64,000 bases of DNA from Candidatus Omnitrophota bacterium. GTDB taxonomy: Bacteria > Omnitrophota > Omnitrophia > Omnitrophales > Aquincolibacteriaceae. The stretch spans positions 20,257-84,256 of the forward strand of contig JAKJDL010000003.1 in the NCBI GenBank assembly GCA_022705945.1, read 5' to 3'. Positions 63,101 through 64,000 of the stretch are shown one piece after another. The first letter of the stretch is position 1. Every line of letters begins with the position of its first letter. The position numbers and the translations under genes are program-made. The notes below the pieces were generated by a model. It had not been told where the DNA came from, ran no database searches, and saw only the letters and a list, made by a program, of their open reading frames with translations.

Positions 63101-63263
63101 GGAGCCTGGTTTCAGCAATTGACGGCATCGACGCGGCACCGAAAGACACTCCGGGCGTCCAGATCGTGGTGGCAATGAAAGCAACCAGAGTGACAAGGGC
63201 GGTAACAGACTTACTTTTGCGGAAGGACAAACTGGAAACATTTGCACTGTGGTTGCTGTCCAT
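51156..63263 (-). CDS. Giant (4035 aa) multi-domain secreted/membrane-anchored protein of unknown function. Domains are itemised in the findings: signal anchor, TraB/GumN/Tiki-like, GH-A glycoside hydrolase, ILEI/PANDER-like, tandem-duplicated unknown domain, DUF218-like, HEAT repeats, minimal nucleotidyltransferase motif, coiled coils.
   Basis: Uninterrupted 12,108-nt reading frame on the minus strand. N-terminal MDSNHSANVSSLSFRKSKSVTALVTLVAFIATTIWTPGVSFGAAS signal anchor. Internal domains were recognised by motif: GNEW/SEFG for the glycoside hydrolase, GS...DLDLIVVVAGD for the nucleotidyltransferase, HEAT/PBS-lyase repeats. Nine RSE[ATSV]R motifs. The AT-rich 380-bp upstream region and a terminator-like hairpin downstream suggest a monocistronic unit. 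Confidence 0.85.
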   Translation of the reverse strand: MDSNHSANVSSLSFRKSKSVTALVTLVAFIATTIWTPGVSFGAASMPSIAETRLPYQVALDSSLKLALPQNLGKVEDIRTGQGASIIHIQTAHGHYEAQQKIREILHYLDENHGVQTVFVEGSAYELDPDILNFFPGNPKLTQSVADELTKHAIVKGPELYLLDKLQKNANRFSAGSPRTPLPRALGIEDIGTYRANGESFVTVLNQKEKSSRFLRNMDEGISRLSSHYLNDNLRKFLRSEDSFEKKLMPFDAWLSCLGEESERSLKMDLRNAALQIQWPMMVRFFKLKKLHQQFNGKAFEKERDEFLKALRRFIPQDTHRTAHAASHEPAALRSGGLVSSVESLLRNDSMSRQLPDPETSLLFEDMVRLLPKDFNYAAFPNVRYFIGTLLLSSELKADRLMGEVSKLTDMIAEKLAKTETEKKIVGMLRDYRLLQKLFSLELTADDYEKIGRRTTEDEGSLSPSGIARRFESAILRPQSGIRKIKNVQFDHLAELDALYDSAMEFYSGVKARDLAMIEKVEKRLRETGVRKAAVITGGFHSQPFKDYFASRNYTYALISPLISGVDEEGHRAYIAHILRTRARTSQPGAQQNEGRKRVPGHESPAPVLKSTYESVFLSDPKVFSAPEGTSYGIDPQKLALMVYRAAQTVVKHDLKATQDLAVRLKKAAGIATSSVRSEARKTETAGQTGQASDAVPVDTSRRWDTVQDDIWRLQEQEFQLIGERNRLRTRHYGLTPEALADAPRRLPEIEKTLESIRSSLRSLYQERKRILEAIREEQGVTASLRSEARVEGAATGRGVFPRLTGVFGAAAGIIAVIAGHVLRVVRNARLDPEKLYPLATGAVRKKIEAAMHEDPVYSGFVVEHVSWERWGREFLESLEILLSQGSPSILDERIRLVFDRRGPIVLANYQAARDHVRMDNGAGVTIANAHKDAPRVRVNLDIFAAKPRAEARATQSRHIPAGWPGLAREKFQDVALVKESGRYFLKKFVGEERIASLGTLSLYLKEYTAIWTLEVRTGEQSIFEITLGDDKSVAGKIAAHEAVLNLLGDLGDVDEWRGSVFEDLQKLWVVERIRAIHATLTAPNPWGRFPDHETSVAGHYPMLSGPLGILYTALQSSGNGSASPRSETRGETVKTSYDADGEWLEALLRRAQSDLDVIGNEIRRLERDPTKLRNPRSNESRRLEILKKQEAEAQDRVTRYKKQLDDYKSRSEARMHEFVFSVPAIAHAVGAAGVTIDPTSLLANAAASVRLDMGDALVGFVTLAGFGILVLVFRHFRGAYFRAHFPAYFWVYFWADFWVNVRRFIRGNDLDGLVHYLMHSSHLAAPGILRAIEQLKELIPSEALEKISLYERKESEQFLVYNFLEQEKLITVSYIPPSDYVKNLHLSYLVLHLLPDALQMNQPFRIDYFPEEGEWMKVPEKATVESSTFMLPRGHSPPSEAEGDEYEFTNTTKVEAHQVWKVLRPEIIRIVPVRSEVRKGRSPAKDSDRRVSVFSISSSVFLTMLAGVAAFLLAARDVVAQTFGVPNLPTVTYTKEGDRRIFVEERKPDGTLGTPYALTIKGANWGPTSPGIDPQWYPLVYRQEMFKWSTNDIPMMAAMGANVIRPYYDPGTNAQAVALLDQFYKHGIKVIMPVDSPFYGQIARTNNITGVVNTFKNHPAILGWGIGNEWDINYYYNTFTTLQDSVEYTERAAQIVKGLDTNHVVITFMADPHIVQWYFGSPYHYAPETLDGGIQTADIVADLPSVHVFGLQLYRGWSFGDAFSQWSKVTTRPAFVSEFGADAYSHYASGVDEQVQADFNRGLWDEIIFNLASSRTNGVISGGLYFEWNDEWHKNGYPMTQAPSWEQNGGQPDGHNDEEYFGLLDIYRNPRPAYYAVQQRFSLDGQNAIPLVTNPVMQITSGGSVKFELNGKTVLFRKGVDGGGARGVNIAILDEKTGIRFKEFKHFDTWANQYDAAFRQGVADYLNAIPNGSVVLIGVADNSGLNINPALSESIYQALEDLGSNEIRTAPANSWAMIVKKGTGVLAETSTTDPITATVNLANTIDPNAGRYEIPVPVETPVIRGLKQENGNFKVTFKTQPGFIYQVDYRDSLTQGDWEIAQRGIFSDVNSLSWTDDGSFTGGELPGQRFYRVKVIDRVNLTEEPGKYDMDSAQSILGNWTSWWGDADVLGNTLINARNTMRWASAVTVPVVSIAGKGLHVVTSGTADYYISGSGPNPSWKMGPFPANSDMILDLPADAVDVTVHFGAEAWGEPLNPQGAHVTVEALDVLTPRSESRVDADALASRIAQDLVKNVTADTNLLWAALQGRKTLDAMGQDYFDVAGQILETFQAATGLNGEDAEAFFEKERNLILKAVSHEAAREVKRRSESRASQFAVTKANGIVREEKDSEDDITPTATTPVATRPEKPKRDSSADTKPSSENYDMGSARSVLGGWSAYGDAKVNGNTLVNGGNSYTWASASTGSGLGGKGLHIVTSGDARFYISGPGDNPSWKKGPYSGNTDVIVTIPAGMSGITFHFGRTAWGRSFNPVGASVTVEVLDVLTPRSEARKTETAGQTGQASDVGTVFGFLAERDQNAPQNPDVLIVLGNPKLEVTAKAAVEAFLKYKPKRILASGKGPGAVAEAVTLSKLITKDLTDLGFGNGQGGLSVPFDIEADSMHTGQNAEFSAALLKRQGAKISNAILVQMPTGMHLSRLIFEKQFNWDTKVDFYSYAPELPVTGPETDPAELDFWIDHALGQIERLDPDNPKGAIKGNWILPGAGAVPENVAQAALRIRAGNVKVAQSTLRSETRLTPEQERQFQKVLRDIQPKWWDGNHNGSGGDRRIAAIKTLGEIKDPRAVDPLISLMQRDIDVPLSCAAVRALGGMNHPKVVPALVRALEDNRYSSYHGSRVDQEAKMALVRLRDPASIELVIPLLSHAQVDVASMAAEVLASIKSPRVAEVFAERLVASPHVELRKRLAGALAEYKDARSVDALIKALKDVDDGVCIAVTAELLEVGDKRSVAALLQESRNIKRKPAAAEVLVKALVQLKEVDGLIELLGDPRDNVCALAAAALGASLNAGKALPAIIREAKNQKRQQQASKSLVGALRHFKAVDALIELLGDPRDNVCALAVDAIGEIGDRSLLSALIAELYNDARSDSVYKSILRVFREWKDPMAIPALLQCLRERFGEDSHRLAAGILSLMVASGPGVSLKELRRYFDWIGGHSRTYKVLSDDEVAGIQTAYMRGESLLADYREEPEETHEETTYDIYGNESGSYSVTDKAPHLDIFNIRSRNAMGVEVPVTRLPKPARPKVGGKLEVIIKPFAADVTFWDFKIPSFDPNQDGLIVSDARESVARLMSRSWLWPHLTKSDPSAATKITERIARLKAKITAIIAALYESKLISQVEPLVELSVMGSYVWKETPNDLDLIVVVAGDRAFERVSAEKLSSKIKRVIPGLPVNVDVVGLSTLQKALRGEDVPMAKVIRRRAMPYYSATVLSGVDLWHGQPVPLTNFTVMRNDLLNDIERAVWNELNGDAAKIEAKKKWRQTEADALSTWLAGQWKQVLEGVRVSVEQALQNELKIFAKDQDGEEAALLAEVAKLRRDFAAETETQKKRNAAELKEIAAQQEQALSERAMDFERSLAVRRAGFERARLERQKGERKKVFELVKSRIPRGIPQLSQALDFLDPSSAAADTDVQETFNTIVKQFHLSPQEAELLRIAAGIKQIPTEKTSASRSEARAAVTASPDQMNLRRLVSAEVLVLIREYYFGIAPIRVQDGLEHSLKNGTEALIRLLKASGVSVPGTVHAAMTETEVLSAIFSAKDLPEIPSATVQSITSSRVHDRADVEAGGVVYAGSSLFSRLLKDNPRALYLLLRSFHNVWKHTPRGTPVLETSGDASLRDRIRIAIENRKAGIANVAERNAVLADLDKFLKVNPISDGQSEAVVLNGRIAQMNGRMATIHLDDALLPSLEGGVNVAIGERMGDEDLLIAAGFAVQLTLFADASAEALLKQMQDHGMAMQRKGTYGLVISHVAELATELVKMSLIARSA
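55571..55625. repeat. 55-bp exact intragenic direct repeat, copy 1 (partner at 61182..61236)
   Basis: CATCCGACGCTTGTCCCGTTTGCCCGGCTGTCTCCGTTTTGCGAGCTTCGGAGCG is identical at both sites and encodes RSEARKTETAGQTGQASD on the minus strand. Confidence 0.9.
59366..59447. repeat. Intragenic 12-bp tandem repeat (about 5-6 units) encoding aromatic tetrapeptide repeats A-[Y/H/D]-F-[R/P/W]
   Basis: CCCAGAAATCAG/CCCAGAAATAAA/CCCAGAAATAAG/CCGGGAAATGAG/CCCGGAAATAAG... read on the minus strand as AYFR-AHFP-AYFW-VYFW-ADFW, next to predicted TM helices. Confidence 0.85.
61182..61236. repeat. 55-bp exact intragenic direct repeat, copy 2 (partner at 55571..55625)
   Basis: Same 55-mer as 55571..55625, about 5.6 kb away within the same ORF. 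Confidence 0.9.
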
Positions 63264-63646
63264 AATAGTCGGTTTAGACCTTTCTTTTCAGTAGATTTGG
63301 AAAGCTTCTTTTTTAGAGAATAAAAAACTCATTTAATCTGTTTATTTTACGCCTTTAGAAAGTCTCCGAAAATATAGCTGACACCTTTTATATTTACAAG
63401 AGCAGAGGAAGGAATTTTTTATATTTTTTGAAAGCTTTTATCGAAAAATCGCAGAAAACAACGAAGTGTTTAAGCGATCCCCTATCGAAAACAAATTATA
63501 ACAATTTATAACTTGAGGACTAACTCCGGATAGCATACACAGAATTCAAACCGTGGATTTTTAATCAAACTGGATTTAAACCGGGGCAAATGCGGAAAAT
63601 TTTAATTGCTCCTGCTCCGGTCCAGAGATAGCGTGGAACGAAAAAA
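63264..63646 (-). promoter_or_regulatory. AT-rich 380-bp intergenic region upstream of the giant gene (presumed promoter/5' UTR)
   Basis: Base composition is visibly far more AT-rich than the flanking coding DNA (runs such as TTTTTTAGAGAATAAAAAACTCATTTAATCTGTTTATTTTAC). No ORF; lies between the lpxA 3' end and the giant-gene start. Confidence 0.4.
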
Positions 63647-64000
63647 TCAGAGGACCCCGGAAGATCCTTCCGCTTCAACCGAATCAGCAGCCTGATTCTT
63701 CCGGTGCGCGATGGTGTCGGAGACCGCACCGCTTCCGTCAATGATTCCCCGTTTTGACTCTTCGATAAATTTCACGAAGTGATTGATCTCGGGGCTTTGG
63801 AGGGATTTTTTTATCGCGCAAATCGCCTGAGTCGTGTTGAGCCCGGAACGGTACAGCAAACGGTATGCTTCCTTGATCTCCGCGCGTGTTTTCGGCCCGA
63901 TCCCCGCACGGCGCATCCCGACCACATTGATCCCTTGCGCAACACCGGGCCGTCCGCCACAGATCACAAAAGGCGGGATGTCTTTATTGAATGCCGAGAG
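63647..64000 (-). CDS. lpxA: Acyl-ACP--UDP-N-acetylglucosamine O-acyltransferase LpxA, C-terminal part (5' end beyond the window)
   Basis: C-terminal helical domain IKEAYRLLYRSGLNTTQAICAIKKSLQSPEINHFVKFIEESKRGII matches the LpxA C-terminus. The reading frame stays open to the window end (…LSAFNKDIPPFVICGGRPGVAQGINVVGMRRAGI). Confidence 0.8.
   Translation of the reverse strand, partial: LSAFNKDIPPFVICGGRPGVAQGINVVGMRRAGIGPKTRAEIKEAYRLLYRSGLNTTQAICAIKKSLQSPEINHFVKFIEESKRGIIDGSGAVSDTIAHRKNQAADSVEAEGSSGVL

Noticed and set aside
51156-63263. The giant ORF as an assembly or frameshift artefact fusing several genes
   Set aside because: The internal signal-peptide-like segments and modular make-up could suggest fused genes. 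But a 12.1-kb frame with zero in-frame stops cannot arise by chance in non-coding or out-of-frame DNA. Both flanks look like bona fide gene boundaries. The internal repeats are in-frame. I therefore keep it as one gene, while noting that only read-level data can exclude a chimeric assembly.
1-64000. Mobile elements, integrases, transposases, toxin-antitoxin or phage genes
   Set aside because: None of the translated ORFs shows DDE/HUH transposase, tyrosine or serine recombinase, or phage structural motifs. The window looks like a core chromosomal region apart from the giant gene.

Overview
This 64-kb bacterial window is GC-rich (roughly 55-60% by eye), and 57 of the 59 protein genes I call sit on the minus strand. 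Its standout feature is a single 12,108-bp ORF (51156..63263, minus strand) encoding a 4035-aa multi-domain protein, preceded by an unusually AT-rich 380-bp upstream region. The ordinary gene order, listed left to right in window coordinates (every gene except lpxD and the SurA_N gene is on the minus strand): a pilC/gspF C-terminal fragment that runs off the window start; a PilB/GspE ATPase with a fused C-terminal receiver domain; tRNA-Met(CAU); an orphan receiver protein; rpoD; dnaG; cvpA; an MtaB-like methylthiotransferase; rsmE; a 49-bp x3.5 intergenic tandem repeat; a cold-shock protein; HU; dnaE; guaA; a CBS-less IMPDH-family protein; a five-gene type IV pilin/pseudopilin operon; a SurA_N-domain protein and lpxD (the only plus-strand genes); folE; mrp/apbC; a CPBP protease; ridA; a futalosine-pathway menaquinone cluster (ubiE, mqnC/E radical SAM, mqnA, ubiX, UbiA-like, UbiD-like) interleaved with a GNAT and an RluA-family gene; a YugP-like protein; rluD; lgt; lspA; a DksA-like protein; GAF-HD-GYP, receiver and sensor kinase genes; ileS; a PNP-family phosphorylase; yggT; proC; yggS; a GldA/GldF/GldG/DUF4340 ABC module; tyrS; the giant gene; and a partial lpxA at the window end. 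The giant protein combines an N-terminal signal anchor, a TraB/GumN/Tiki-like region, several internal hydrophobic and signal-peptide-like segments, a clan GH-A glycoside hydrolase, an ILEI/PANDER-like domain, a tandem-duplicated unknown domain, a DUF218-like region, HEAT repeats, a minimal nucleotidyltransferase motif and coiled coils. A recurring RSE[ATSV]R motif sits at module boundaries and may mark processing sites; this is the best candidate for an undescribed system. No transposase, integrase, CRISPR array or rRNA was found. Taxonomy cannot be determined from sequence alone; the giant gene, lpxA/lpxD, futalosine-pathway genes and lysine-rich tails on nucleic-acid-binding proteins are reminiscent of Omnitrophota/PVC-like uncultivated lineages (speculative).
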